A stretch of 64,000 nucleotides of DNA from Pristiophorus japonicus (taxonomy: Eukaryota). The stretch covers positions 47,182,001-47,246,000 of the forward strand of contig NC_091999.1 in assembly GCF_044704955.1 (NCBI RefSeq), read 5' to 3'. This document shows, one piece after another, positions 48,401 through 62,200 of the stretch; position 1 is the first letter of the stretch; the number at the start of each line of letters is the position of its first letter. Below the pieces are notes generated by a model. It ran no database searches. It saw nothing but the letters and a program-made list of their open reading frames with translations, and was not told where the DNA came from. Made by a program: the position numbers and the translations under genes.

Positions 48401-50045
48401 AGATAGGGGCGGTTTCTGGATCCACATCACACCTTCCGCATCATGAACAGAACGGACTCACATCTGGACTGTAAGTTAAATCCCTTTATTTTCTCACTGT
48501 TACAAGGGGGTGTGAATCTCTGAGATTGAATTACATTATCAGGGTCTAAAGACACCGCCATTTTGTGTTTCTCCATCTCCCACTATCTATCCATGCATCT
48601 GTACCAATAAAGTATCGCTTATAATCTGAATTGTTATCACTCTATGTAACCAAATGCGGGAGATGGGTAATGTGATTCTTTTTACGGTGTACGTGGCTAA
48701 AGCTACACACTTTTGGTCTGGAGATGAGATCATACTCCTCACATTATGCAATTGTCTCTCATTGCATTTCACTAACTGCCCCTGAGTCTGTGACCCTAAG
48801 ACAGCCGTTTGTAAAATTAGCTGTAAAATAAGTCCGCTTGACTGATGATAAAGGAGTGAGTTGACGGAGACACATAAGAAAATGGGTCCCGCCCGCTTCA
48901 GACCTGCGTTTTATGAGAGAAGCTTGTGAATCAGAACCGATAATATAATCAGCAAACCTCGACATTCAAATCCTTGTAGCTAACTTTAATAGCGACCGAC
49001 TGTGTAACAGACACGGGTAACAGGAACTCGGTGTATCAGGACATAGCGGTATGTTACAGAATATCACAGGAGTAAATGCTTCATCTCCAGCAGAAACAGA
49101 TCACAATCTGGGCATTTCACCACCCAATGGTAGCCGGGCTATGAGAGGGTTTGTTCAGGGATCCAAATCAGCGCAAATTACACCGCACACTGCGCGGCTA
49201 CTAATCAGGAATAATGGAGACATTAGTTTAGATCAGGCGCAAAATTCTGTGAGAATATTAAAGAAGTGCAGCTGGCACTTCTCTGTGAGAATATTCAAGG
49301 CAATTCAACCTGTTTTAGTTATGTTGCGAATCTCACTCATCTTATTACAGTGTGGGATGAGGCCATTAAACCTCTCTCCAGCACTTCATGCTGTACTGAA
49401 TAAAGTGACTGAATGGTCTAGAATGGTCTTTATTTGGAAATAGTTTTCCTTAGATACCGTGTGGATCAATTCATTATTTTCCGATCTTATCTTATAATAT
49501 GGCGAGCTAAGAATTTATGGAAAATCATTCTTGAGATGTTATACCAAGTAAAATGCTTCTTATTTTAAAAGTTCGACTGAATAATTTAATGTTCAAATAG
49601 TTAAATACCATCTTTCTCCCATTCTTGTTCACGCTAATCTGACCCACACAATATTTGGCAGTAACCTAACCGACTGACGTCAGCGAGCCTCGAACATCAG
49701 TGTAATTTACAGGAAGCATGTGGGGTTCTGTCCAGTCCATCAAAGGTCAGTTTTCTCACTACTGACCGCATGCCTGGAAGCCAACTTCAAAACCTTCACA
49801 TGGTAAAAAGACCTATTTATAAACACATCTACCCAGTAACAGTACTGGAGTTAAGTTTAATTTTTTGCGTTGTGTAAATGTGTGTAACTGTTCCCATATC
49901 TCAGGAAAGGAAGTATATCCAATGTCTCAGAAACCATGTCAATAGCAGCAGTCAGCTGGAGTATCAGTACCGCACATAACCCTGTAATAGATAGATAAAT
50001 AGATAGATAGATAGATAGATCGATAGAGAGATAGATTCGTAGCTA

Positions 50046-50426
50046 NNNNNNNNNNNNNNNNNNNNNNNNNNNNNNNNNNNNNNNNNNNNNNNNNNNNNNN
50101 NNNNNNNNNNNNNNNNNNNNNNNNNNNNNNNNNNNNNNNNNNNNNNNNNNNNNNNNNNNNNNNNNNNNNNNNNNNNNNNNNNNNNNNNNNNNNNNNNNNN
50201 NNNNNNNNNNNNNNNNNNNNNNNNNNNNNNNNNNNNNNNNNNNNNNNNNNNNNNNNNNNNNNNNNNNNNNNNNNNNNNNNNNNNNNNNNNNNNNNNNNNN
50301 NNNNNNNNNNNNNNNNNNNNNNNNNNNNNNNNNNNNNNNNNNNNNNNNNNNNNNNNNNNNNNNNNNNNNNNNNNNNNNNNNNNNNNNNNNNNNNNNNNNN
50401 NNNNNNNNNNNNNNNNNNNNNNNNNN
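50046..50426. other. Assembly gap (381 N) next to a (GATA)n microsatellite
   Basis: Run of N. Confidence 1.
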
Positions 50427-51840
50427 TGCTGGGTCCACTATTGTTCACAATTTATGTTAACAGTTTAGATTTTGGAGTCAAAAACACAACTTCTAAATTT
50501 CCGAATGCACGTGGGGCGGGCAGGTCGGGGTGTAAATACGATGGAACACTGCAACGAATTACAAGAATACATGAATTGACTAATTAATGTCAACACAGAC
50601 AATTATGGGGTATTACATTTTGGTAAGAAAAATAAAGAGGTCACTTATCACGTTTAAAATAAGAATCTAAGTGGGATGGTGGAACAAAGGTCTCTGAGAG
50701 GGCAAATGCACACATCACTAAAAGTTGCGACGTAGGTTAATAATTCCATAAAAAGAAGAATACCTGAACTCGGGTTTATTTCGAGGGGGATAGTATTGAA
50801 AAGTGCAAAAGTTATGCTAAACTTGGTTAGACCACACTTGAAGTACTTTGTATAATTGACCCAATTCCCCGCCCTTTCCCCGAAGCCCTGCATTTGTTTC
50901 CATTCAGATATGTGGATAGTGCAGGGAAGTGCAGTTGAGGTAGATGATCAGCCATGATCCCGTTGAATGACAGAGCAGGCTCGAGGAACCGTATGGCCTA
51001 ATCCTGCTCCCAATTCTAATGTTCTTATGTTCTGATTTTCTCGTAAATATGGACATTACATACTCAATCTCTCCTCACGGGACAGCACCACCCCCATCCC
51101 CGCAACCCTCCACCCCCGCTGCCGTCCCAGGAATCAGGTCAGTCTGATGAACCTTAGATGCACTCTCTCCAAAGCAAGTGTATCCTTTCTTCGGTAAGGA
51201 GTACACAACTGTACACAATATACTAGGTGTAGTCTCAGCAGGGCCCTATATATGTGCATGAAGGCTTCTTTGCTCTAATACTCCAATCCCTTTGCAATAA
51301 AATGTTGCTTACCAGTTGCGTTCCGAATTGCTCACTTTGGCTCTATTTTAGCTTTCTGTGATTCGTGTACAAGGCCATCCAAGTCTTTCTGAATAACAAC
51401 ATTACCCAGTTTCTCAGCATTCAAAAAATATTCTGCGTTTCTATTTGTCCTACAAAGGTGCGTAACTTCACACTTCTCCACATTACACTCAAGCTTCCAT
51501 GTTCTTGCACACTCAATTAACCTGTCAATATCCCTTTGCAGCCTCCTTACTTCTTCCTCACTGTTTACTGTACCACCTAACTTTGTATTGTACAGTACGA
51601 TAATTTAAGTCATTTTCTATACACGTGTAGAAGCTCTAACAATCTTTTTTTCGGTTTTTGATAGCTTATTTAATTTTATATTTTCTCCCATATTCTCAGT
51701 TGCATGTGCATCTTTTGCAGAATTCTAAAATCTTCCCAATTGTCGGGCTTACTACTCTTTTTGTCAACATTCTAAGCCTGTTCATTTAATGCACTACTAT
51801 CTTTAACTTCCCTTGTTAGCCATGGTTGCACCATTTCTCC
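50427..51840. mobile_element. Degraded CR1-like fragments in both orientations
   Basis: gggtccactattgttcac (LGPLLF), ggttagaccacacttgaagtac, ttcttatg tail, and reverse-strand RT remnants. Confidence 0.7.
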
Positions 51841-52629
51841 TGTGAGGTTTTTATTTCATTATGGAAGTTTATCTAATCTGACGGGTCTGTGTGATGGGCT
51901 GAAGGTGAATTTGCAACAATAATTTTGATATTCCGCCCTTGATACTTCCTGATCATCTGCTCTAAAAAAAATCCTCTGGGTAAAGGTTCAAGCAAGTTGT
52001 TGTGGTTGGAATTATGAATCATGTTTAAATAAGCTCTGGGGCTTGCAGTAGATATCGTTTATCAGCAGGTGGCGACAGTGATCATATTGATACATCAGTC
52101 ATGTGGAGACGGATGTTGCTGAGCATTTCAGTCACCGTCTGCATTGTCAAAACAAGTAAAACAATATAATTAATGCTTCTCATTCAGTCAAATTTGAAGG
52201 GAGCATGTATCCTTAGAAATAATCTGAAGGGCAAATAAAGATTGCATTTATTTCAATCCACATTTTAGGAAGATTGTCGGGCTCTTGCCGAAGATGCAGA
52301 GGAGATTGCTACAAGGCAGAGGGAGTTCAGTTATGTGGAGACGAGAGAGGATGGGATTATTCTTATTATAGCAGGGAATGCTTCGGGGGGAATTAAAATT
52401 GTGAAGGGGTTTCATAGAGTTGATATTAAGGTAGGGTTTCCATCGGCAGGTCTATCGGTAACCAGAGGACAAATATTGAGATGATTGATAAAATAAATAA
52501 AAGACGGGAGATAAGGAGATTTTTTATGCAGCGAGTTGTAATAACTGGAATGTCGTGCTTGAAAGGGTTATGGCAGCAGATTCAATCATAACTTTCAAAT
52601 AGGGAAATCAATATATATTTGAAAAGGAA

Positions 52630-53652
52630 AGATGATCTGGTGTAATAAAATGAGAGACAGTGTCGAGGATAATATAAACAGAGACAGTGCCTGGCGTAAT
52701 ATAAAAAGAGACATGGTCTCGTGTAATATAAACTGAGACAGAATCTACTGTAATGTAAACAGAGACAGGGTCGAGTGTAATATAAACAGGGATAGTGTCT
52801 GGAAGAATATAAAGAGAGACAGGGTCTCGTGTAATATAAACAGAGACAGGGTCCAGTTTAATATAAACAGAGACAGGGTCTAGTGTAATATAAACAGGGA
52901 TAGTGTCTGGAAGAATATAAACAGAGACAGGGTCTACTGTAATATAATAAGAGACAGTGTCTAGTTTAATATAAACAAAGACAGGATCTAATGTAATATA
53001 AACAGAGACAGGGTCTAGTTTAATATACACAGAGACAGGGTCGAGTAATGTAAACAGAGACAGGGTCTAGTGTAATATAAACAGAGATAGGTTATAATTT
53101 AATATAAACAGAGACACGGTCCAGTGTAATGTAAACAGAGACAGGGTCTCGTGCAATATAAACAGAGTCACGGTTTCGTGTAATATAAAGAGAGACAGGG
53201 TCTAGTGTAATATAAACTGGGACAGGGTCTAATGTAGTATAAACAGAGACAGGGTCTAGTGTAATATGAAATGGGCCAGGATCTAGTGTAATATAAACAG
53301 GGACAGGGTCTAGTGTAATATAAAAAGAGACTGGGTCTAGTACAATATAAACAGAGACAGGGTCTTGTGTAATATAAAGATAGACAGGGACTCGGGTAAT
53401 ATAAACAGAGACTGGCTCTAGTGTAATATAAACAGAGACAGGGTCTAGTGTAATATAAACTGGGACAGGGTCTAGTGTAATATAAACAGGGACAGGGTCT
53501 AGTGTAATATAAACAGAGACAGAGTCTAGTGTAATATAAACAGAGACAGGGTCTTGTGTAATATAAACAGAGACAGGGTCTCGGGTAATAAGTGTAATAT
53601 AAAGAGGGACAGAGTCTCGTGTAATATAAAAAGAGACGGGGTCCAGTGTAAT
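52630..53652 (+). repeat. 27-bp satellite array, orientation A
   Basis: Unit gtgtaatataaacagagacagggtcta. Confidence 0.93.
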
Positions 53653-53839
53653 ATTGGATAGAAGTACAGATAGATGGATAGAAGTACGAATCGACGGACG
53701 GACGGACAGACGGATGGACCGACCAACCGAACGACAGACAGACAGACAGACAGATAGACAGTCAGACAGACATGAAGATTTGCATGGCTGGAATGTTGCT
53801 ATCAAATTACTCTTGACATTCTATATGTTTAAATTACTC

Positions 53840-56660
53840 TAGACCCTATTTAATTATAACTGCACTCGACCATCTCTCTATTCAGATTGCCCAATGCCCT
53901 GTCTCAGCTATTACCGCACTTGTCTCAAGATCTATTTTATTACTGTAGATCCTGTCTCAGTTACACTGCACTAGACATGGTCTCTGTTTATATTATGCTA
54001 GGCTCTGTATCAGTTATCACATTTCTAGACCCTCCGTTATAATACATTAGAACCTGTCTCAGTTACTACTGAACTCGACGCTGTCTCTGTTTATATTACC
54101 GTACACCCTGTTTCTGTCAATATTTCACTAGTCCCTGTCTCTCCTTATTTTACATTAGACACTGTCTCAGTTTATATTGCACTAGAAAATGTAAATGTTT
54201 CTAATACAATAGATCATGTATTAGTTATTATTAGAGCACGATCTCCTTTATTATATTATGTTAGACATTGTCACTCTTTATATTATACTATCTCCTGTCT
54301 CTTTATAATAGATTGGTAGATTGGTCCTTTCTCTGTTTATATTACACTAGACCTTGTCTCTATTTATATTACACTGGACCCTGTCTCTATTTATATTGCA
54401 CCCGACCCTGTCTCTATTTACTATTATACTAGACCCTGTTTTTTTTATATTACATTAGACCCTGTCTCTGCTTATATTACACGAGACCCTGTATTTTCTA
54501 TATTACACTAGACACGGTCTCTGTTTATATTAGACTAATCCCTGTCTCTGTTTATGTTACGCTAGACACTGCCTCTATTTATATTACACTGGACGCTGTA
54601 TCTGTTTATTTTACACTAGACCTTGTCACTATATCCTCACTCTGTCTATGTTACAATTGGACCTGTCTCGGTTATTACTGCACTGGACCCTGGGGTATAG
54701 ATGTGTCTATATAGGTCAAATCGACCAATCCGTGTGGCTGAGGGTCAGAGGTCGCACTGATTTAGCTATGGTGCCAAAGTCATGTTGAAGACGCTGCATT
54801 GTTGTGAACAATGACGTCGCCCATTGTTTACGTGTTGCTGACGTGATGATGTCAAACAGGTAAAAACGAAATGCAATATACAGGAAGTTGCACTGATAAT
54901 ACAATTTTTCTGGGATAGTGATGTCACACTGTGCCATCAAACATTCCCAGGGCAGGTACAGCGCGGATCTATGCAGAGAAATGCTCCCTTGATGCTGTCC
55001 CATCAAACAGTCCCAGCTCAGGTACAGCACGATTCGAGAAACAGTAAACGTCCCTCAACACCGTCACATCAAACACTCCCAAGGCAGGTACAGCACGGTT
55101 TAGATAGAGAGTAAAGCTTGCTCTACACCGTCCCATCAAACTCTCCCAGGGCAAGTACAGCACTGGTCTATACAGAGTAAAGCTCCCTCCACACTGTCCC
55201 AGCAAACACTTCCAGGGCAGATATAGCACGGGTTTACTACAGAATAAAGCCCCCTCTACACCGTGCCCTGTTCTTAATTCTCATGTTCTTATGTACACTA
55301 CACCCTGTCTCTGTTTATGTTACACTGGGCCCTGTCTCTGTTTACAGTACACTCGACCATGTTCCTGTTCATATTACACTCGAATCTGTCTCTGCTTATA
55401 TTAAATTATACCCTGTCTTTGTTTAATGGCCTCTAGGCCCTGACTCAGTTATCATTCTGCTAAACGATGTTTCTCTTTACATTACATTCAACTGTATCTC
55501 TGTCTATATAAAGTAGGGCCCTGTCTTAGTTATTCCTGCACTAGATCCTGCCTTTTTTTATATATTACTCTCGCCCATGTCTCTGTTTATATTACACTAG
55601 ACCCTGTCTCTGTTTATATATTAGACTAGACTTGTCTTTATTTATATTACACTAGGCCCTGCCTATATTTATATTACACAGACCCTGTCTCTGTTTATAT
55701 TGCACTCGACCCTCTTGCTGTTTAAATTACACTGGACGTTGTCACTGTTTATATCATACCAGACGCTGTCACTGTTTATATTGCACTAGATCCTGTCCCC
55801 ATCTAAAAAAGGACGTAGACAAAAAGCAGTAAACTATAGACGAGTTTGTCTAAAATCTGTCGTTGGGAAAATGCTGGAGTCTAAGGATCAGTAACGGGAC
55901 AATTACAAAAGCATAATTCAATCAGGCAGAGTCTGCATGGTTTTATGAAAGGGAAATCATGTTTGACAAATTTGATGGATTTCTTTAAGTAAGGATGTAA
56001 CGAGCTGGGTGGATGAAGTAGATTGGTAGATTGGTCCTGTCTCTGTTTATATTACACTAGACCACGTCTCCATTTATATTACACTAAACCCTCTCTCTGT
56101 TTATATTTCACTAGATCCTGTCACTGTTTATATTACACTAGGCCATGTCCCTGTTTATATTACACTAGGCAATGTATCTGTTTATATTGCACTAGACACT
56201 GCCTCTGTTTATATTCCACTAGACCCTGTCTCTGTTTATATTACACTAGGCCCTGTTGCTGTTTATATTACAGTAGACCGTGTCTCGGTTTACATTACAC
56301 TCGATCCTGTCTCGGTTTATAATACAATGGACCCTGTCTCAGTTTATTTTACACTAGGCTCTGTCCCTGTTTACGTTATGTTAGGCCTGTCTCTCTTTAT
56401 GTTATACTAGACCTTGTCTATTTTCATATTACACTAGACCCTGTCTTTGTTTAAATTACACTAGACACTGGCCCTGTTTATATTGCACTCGACCCTGTCT
56501 CTGTTTATATTACACACGGCCCTGTCCTTGTTTATATTACACTAGACCCTGCTGCTGTTTACATTAAACTAGGCTCTGTCCCTGCTTATATTACGTTATA
56601 CCTTGGCTCTCTTTATATTGCACTAGACCCTGTCTATGTAATATTACACTCGACTCTGTG
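53840..56660 (-). repeat. 27-bp satellite arrays, orientation B (interrupted by 65-bp repeats and a CR1 fragment)
   Basis: Unit tagaccctgtctctgtttatattacac at 53840-54690, 55275-55800 and 56035-56655. Further patches at 59250-59500 and 62620-63180. Confidence 0.9.
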
Positions 56661-57649
56661 AGGATGCAATACATTTTTTGGTTTGAAGTATATGTTTAGT
56701 TTTGTTAACAGCTATCAAGAGCTGTCTGCAATTTCTGCTTGATTTGGTATTGTTTCGTTAATATTTGTGTTGAGAAGATGTGGTGAATTTTGTAACAATG
56801 TCCAAGAGGTGGACTGGGATTGAGGGACAGGAGTGAAGGTGTGCAATAGTGCACTGCACTTTGTACTACTTAGTGGCACTCTGTGTCTTAAAGGTTACTA
56901 ATTTACACGTGTGTTGTCCTGTGCCAATTACTCCAAGTTCTTTAATATTAAGGATTGTTTTTCCTGCAGTATTTGCTAGTTCGCTGTCACGTGACCCACT
57001 GATTATGTCAGACAGAGCCTGGAAACTTGACCTAACAGCACTGCCGGATGGGCGGCCGCGTGGTCCTAATATCCACCTGAACGAATTCTCTCATCTCGTT
57101 AAGATGAACAACTGAAAAGAGCACACACAAAGTTTTTCCTATATGTGTATGTGTATGTGTATGTGTGTGTGTACAAAACACATCATTCATTATGCGTGCA
57201 TTACACAAAGATAAATGATTAGCTTCAACCATTATTTTTCAGCATTTTATTGTATTCAAAATGCAATTGCATGTCGTTTAATAACTTTAAAATTTATTGA
57301 TAACCCATTGTCCTGTATGCTCTTGTTTAGAAAGTGATGTCACACTGACCATTCCGTTACCAAGGTGACCATGTCTGTCGTTGTATTCAGTGGGAAAGGG
57401 GATTAAATCCCAACCGAGTATAATCAGCAGCCCCCCGCTTTATTGTCTAGTGATAACCTCACCGTCACACAGAAGTTCCTGAGATTTACCTCTACTGTGG
57501 ATGATTAGTGTAAGTGTTGGTAAAAATGAAAATGCACCTGTACCTGGCATGAGGTTAATAAATCTATAATTGTCTGATGTGTTGTTTCTCTCGTTACACC
57601 AGACCCCGTCGCAGTTTTTACTCCACCAATACCCAGTCTCAGTTTATAT

Positions 57650-59230
57650 AGTTGATGTGGTCCACTTCCAAAAGGCGTTAGATAAAGTGTCTTGATAATA
57701 TCCTTGCCGGCAAAGTTGAAGCCCATAAAATAAAAAGAACAGTGGCAGCATGGATATGAAATTGGCTGAGTGACAGGAATCAAAAAGTAGTGTTTTTATT
57801 TGGACTGTAGGAAGGTATACAGTGGTATTCCGCAGCGGTAGGTAATTGGAACTCTGCTTATATTGATTTATATTCATGGCGTAGATGTTGGTGTACGGGG
57901 CACAATTTAAAATGTTCATATCATTCATGGCTTGGAAGCATAGTGAACAGTGAGGAGGATAGTGCTGACTGCAAGAGGACATAGATATTCTGGTGGAATG
58001 GGTGGACACGTGGCAAATGAAACGGAGAAAATTTTCAAGTGATACATTTTTGTAGCATGAACGCGGAGAGGGAAAATAAACGAAAGAGTACAATTCTAAA
58101 ACGTGTGATGAACAGAGAAACCTGGGGGTATGTTTGCACAAATTATCGAGGATGGCAGGAAAGGTTGAGAAATTGTTTTAAAAGCATACGAAATCCTGGG
58201 CTTCATAAATAGAGGCATAGAATACAAAAGGAAGGAAATTATGATGAACGTGTATAAAACATTGGTTAGGCCTCAACTGGAGTATTGTGTCCAATTCTGG
58301 ACAACACACTTTAGCAAGGATGTGAAGCTCTTCCAGAGGGGGCAGAAAAGATTGACGTGTTGTTCCAGGGATAAGACACTTCCGTTGTGTGGATAGACTG
58401 GAGAAGCTGGGATTGTTTGCCCTAGAGCAGAGAAGGTTGTGATCAGATTTGAGAGAGGTGTTCAGAATCATAAGGGGTCGAGACAGAGTAGCTGGAGAGA
58501 AACTGTTCCCATGAGGAAAACGTTTTTACACAGCTAGAGGTTAGGATCTGTAATGCACTGCCTGAAAGGGTGGCAGAGGGTGAGTCATTCATGGCATTAC
58601 AAAGGGAATTCGATAAGTACCTCAATTAAGAAAATTCACAGGGCTATGGGAAAGGGCGGGCGAGTGGACTAGCTGAAATACTCTTGCAGAGAGCGGCACG
58701 GGCTATATGGGCCAAATGGCCCTCTTCTGTGCTGTAACCATTCTATGATTCTATAATACACCAGGACCTGTTCAGTTTTTATTACACGAGACCATATTCC
58801 TGTTTACATTACTCCATTCACCACGTTAAATATTTACTACCTCCACCACTGGCGCACTATGTCTGCAGTGAGCACTATCTACAAGATGCATTGCAGCAAC
58901 TCGCCAAGACTTCTTCGACAGCACTTTCTAAACCTATGACCTTTTCTAGCTAGAAGGACAAGGGCTCCGGGCTCATGGGAGCACCATCACCTCCACATAA
59001 CCCTCCAAATCACACACCATCTTAACTTGGAAAGTTATTACCTATCTTTCATAATCGCTGGGTCAAGTTCGTGGAACACCCTCCCTAACACTGTGGGAGT
59101 ACCTTCACCACACGGGCTGCAGCGGTTCAAGGTGGCAGTTCACCACATGCTTTTCAAGGCCAATTAGGGCTAGACAATCAATGTTGGCCTTGCCAGCGAC
59201 ACCTACACCCACATGCCAGCGACCAATAAA
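57650..59230 (+). mobile_element. Degraded CR1-like LINE 3' portion followed by a second LINE 3' fragment
   Basis: ttccaaaaggcgttagataaagtg (FQKA.DKV), ggttaggcctcaactggagtattgtgtccaattctgg, ttctatga tail. Confidence 0.8.
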
Positions 59231-62200
59231 CAATGTCCCAGTATCATTACTTTCAGCACGAGCCACTACTTCAGTTATTATTGCACTAGATACAATAATA
59301 TTGTATTAGGCCCTGTTTCAGATATTACTGGAGTATGCCATGCCTTTGTTCCTATTACTGAAGACCCTGTCTCTGCTTATAGTAAACTAGACAAATACAC
59401 TCTTTATATTACACGAGCCCAATTCTTTCATAATAATAAACTAGACCATGCCTCTGTTTCTATTAAACTAGACCCTGTCTCAGTTATTACTGCACTAAAC
59501 TATGTAACTTACAGGGCAGGTACAGCATGTATCAGATACAGAGTAAAGCTGTCTCTACACAGTCCCATCAAAAACGCCCAGAGCTGGTAAAGCACGGGTT
59601 AGATAGTGTTTAAAGATCCCTCCACATTGTCCCATCAAAAACTGCCAGATAATTAAATGCACATGTCACATTTTGGATGAAAGCTCCTTCTGCGCTTCTG
59701 ATCAATTTGGTTCGAGGCATATGATTAGGGCTCAAGGAAAACGTTTGTTGGATGTTGACATCTAGTTCTGGGGGAAAGCCAATTATCCATTCTTGAGAGA
59801 CAAGACGGAAAGTGGAAATAGGAGAGGGAGAGGATACAGGAAGTCTCCACTGACACAGTTGTGATGTCACTATATACGGTGATTAGAATCTTTTCCCTTT
59901 CTGTCCGTGGGGATCATCTTTACTTTATTCACCTATAATTTAGAGAAATGTATCAAAAAACAGTTGTTGCTGGAATCTGTTGAGAGATTTGCATTTCTCC
60001 CTATCTTTATTTCTGTGCTGTGTTGGTGGGGAAACATTTATTGTCTTTCTGTCGCTCAATACTCTAATCTGAGACTGCTATTTCTGTGTTTATTTACATA
60101 AACGCCTCACTGGTTCCAATGAAATGTTCATGGCAGCAAAATAAGATCAACAGACTCACTTATTGATTCTTTTCAACTCACAACAAGGGCTTATTTTAAG
60201 AATCTTGACAGTTGGTACACAAAATTATACATATCTCGAACAATGACGTTGGCTTTCGTTTTGTTCAATTAGAACAGATGTGATTTATATGAAAGGAAAT
60301 AAATTTAAAAATGAATAATTCAGTTCTGAAAGTTCTGCTGCCAAACTCAGTGGAACATCTCTGAACAGGCTGCTATTCCACTGGATCTCCATTCAGTGGA
60401 ATACTTAATCCATTGAAACTTAATACGTTAAAGCAGTGAGCAGAGGAGTGTCGGACAATCACAGTAATATCTGAGCTTTTCACATATCACAACATGTGTT
60501 TTCCAATGTTGACATTTAGAAACACCTTACATTTATATAGCACCTTTAATGACCTCAAGTTGTCCCAAAGTGCTTTACAGCCAATGAATTATTTCGGAAG
60601 TGTGGTCACTGTTGTAATGTAGGAAACGTGGCAGCTAATTTGTGCACAGCAAGATCCCATTAACAGCAATGGTATAATGATGAGATAATCAATTTTTCAG
60701 ATGTTGGTTGAGGGATACATTTTTCTGCTGGAAACCCTGGTGAACTCCTCTGCTCTTTAAGATAGTGCCATGAGTCCTTTAAATCCACCTGAGTGGGAAG
60801 ACGGGGCCTCAGTTTAATATCTGCCCCGAAAGACAGCACCTCTGATCATTCAGCACTCCCACAGTACTGACATCAGGCGTGTCGGTTTAGATTATGGGCT
60901 CAGATGTCTCGAGCGGGGTTTAGTATCTGTGTCCTTCTGAGTCAGAGGCGAGAGTGATCCCGCTGAGCCGAGGCTTGAACATATCACAGCTTGTATTTTA
61001 AAATGCTGCCATTCAGCTCATCATGGCTGAGGTTCAAGGTCTGAGCCCAGTCTTACACCACTCTGTTTATCATCAGGCGCGAGTTCTCTTATCTTGCCTG
61101 AGATGTCATTACCACACTGGGATTTACACTGGGTCCGTAAACAAGTGTCAGTGATTCCGCAGCGAGCATCTGGAAGTGCTCGAGGCAGAAGGACTCATGG
61201 AACTTGAGATTTACATTGTGTGAGCTGCAGCATCGGAGCAGCTGGAAGCTGGAACTGTTCTCCTTAGAGCCGAGCAAGTTCTGGGCCACTTAATAGAGGT
61301 GTTCAAAATCATGGAAAGTTTTGATCGGGTAAATTGGAAGATACACCATCATTCCCTCCGACCATCCCTCCCATCCTCCACCCATCTCTCCTTCCCTCCA
61401 TCCCTTCATCCCTCCCTCTCTCTATCCCTCCCGCCCGCCATACCTGCCTCCATCAATCGCTCCCTCCCTGGACCCACCTCTCCCTCCCTCCAGCCGGACT
61501 CCACCCGTCCAATACACTACATCTCCCTTGCTCCACTCCTCCCTCCCTCCATCGCTCCCTCGTGCACCCATTCCTACCTCCGTCCATCCCGCCACCCCTC
61601 CACCTCTCCATCCATCCCTTGTTCCCTTCCTAACTCCCTCCCTCCCTCTGCCAGCCCAAACCTGTCTTTTTTCCCCTTTGCAGTATTTCTGATTCCATTG
61701 ATGAGGATTCCTCAGCTGGAATTTTCTGCAGCCAATTCCTTCACCGGGCTTTCATATATATTAACAAGTGAGAGAGAGAGCAATGGCAATTATATATATA
61801 TTTAGCCTCCCCACGCCCACCTAAAAAAGCTGACAAGAATTAAAATGTTGACCTTTCCGGAGAGGGAGTTGGTTGGTGAACTGTCACAGGGTAGAAATTC
61901 TAGTTGGCACAGTCAGGATATTTTTCCTGTTTATAAAAAAAAGTAAGCGTAACAATTTTAAAAATTGTTTTAAGTCATCGTCGACTTTCAGCTGCTGTTT
62001 TTTCCTTCCCTTTCTCGCTGTTGTGGACAGGCCAGTGCCCGCCTGGAGCTCGCTGTCAGTGTGTGTACGGGACGGTAGGACCTAAGCTCTCGCTGCGCGG
62101 ACAGAGTTGGAGAAGTTGGGGCTGTTCTCCTTACAGCAGAGAAGGCTGAGGGGAGATTTACCAGATTAGTACCAAGGATGAATGATGAGAAACACTAGTT

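Noticed and set aside
49939-50448. ORFs of X residues
   Set aside because: Artefact of the N gap.
52608-53805. ORFs with ITLDPVSVY repeats
   Set aside because: Translation of the 27-bp satellite.
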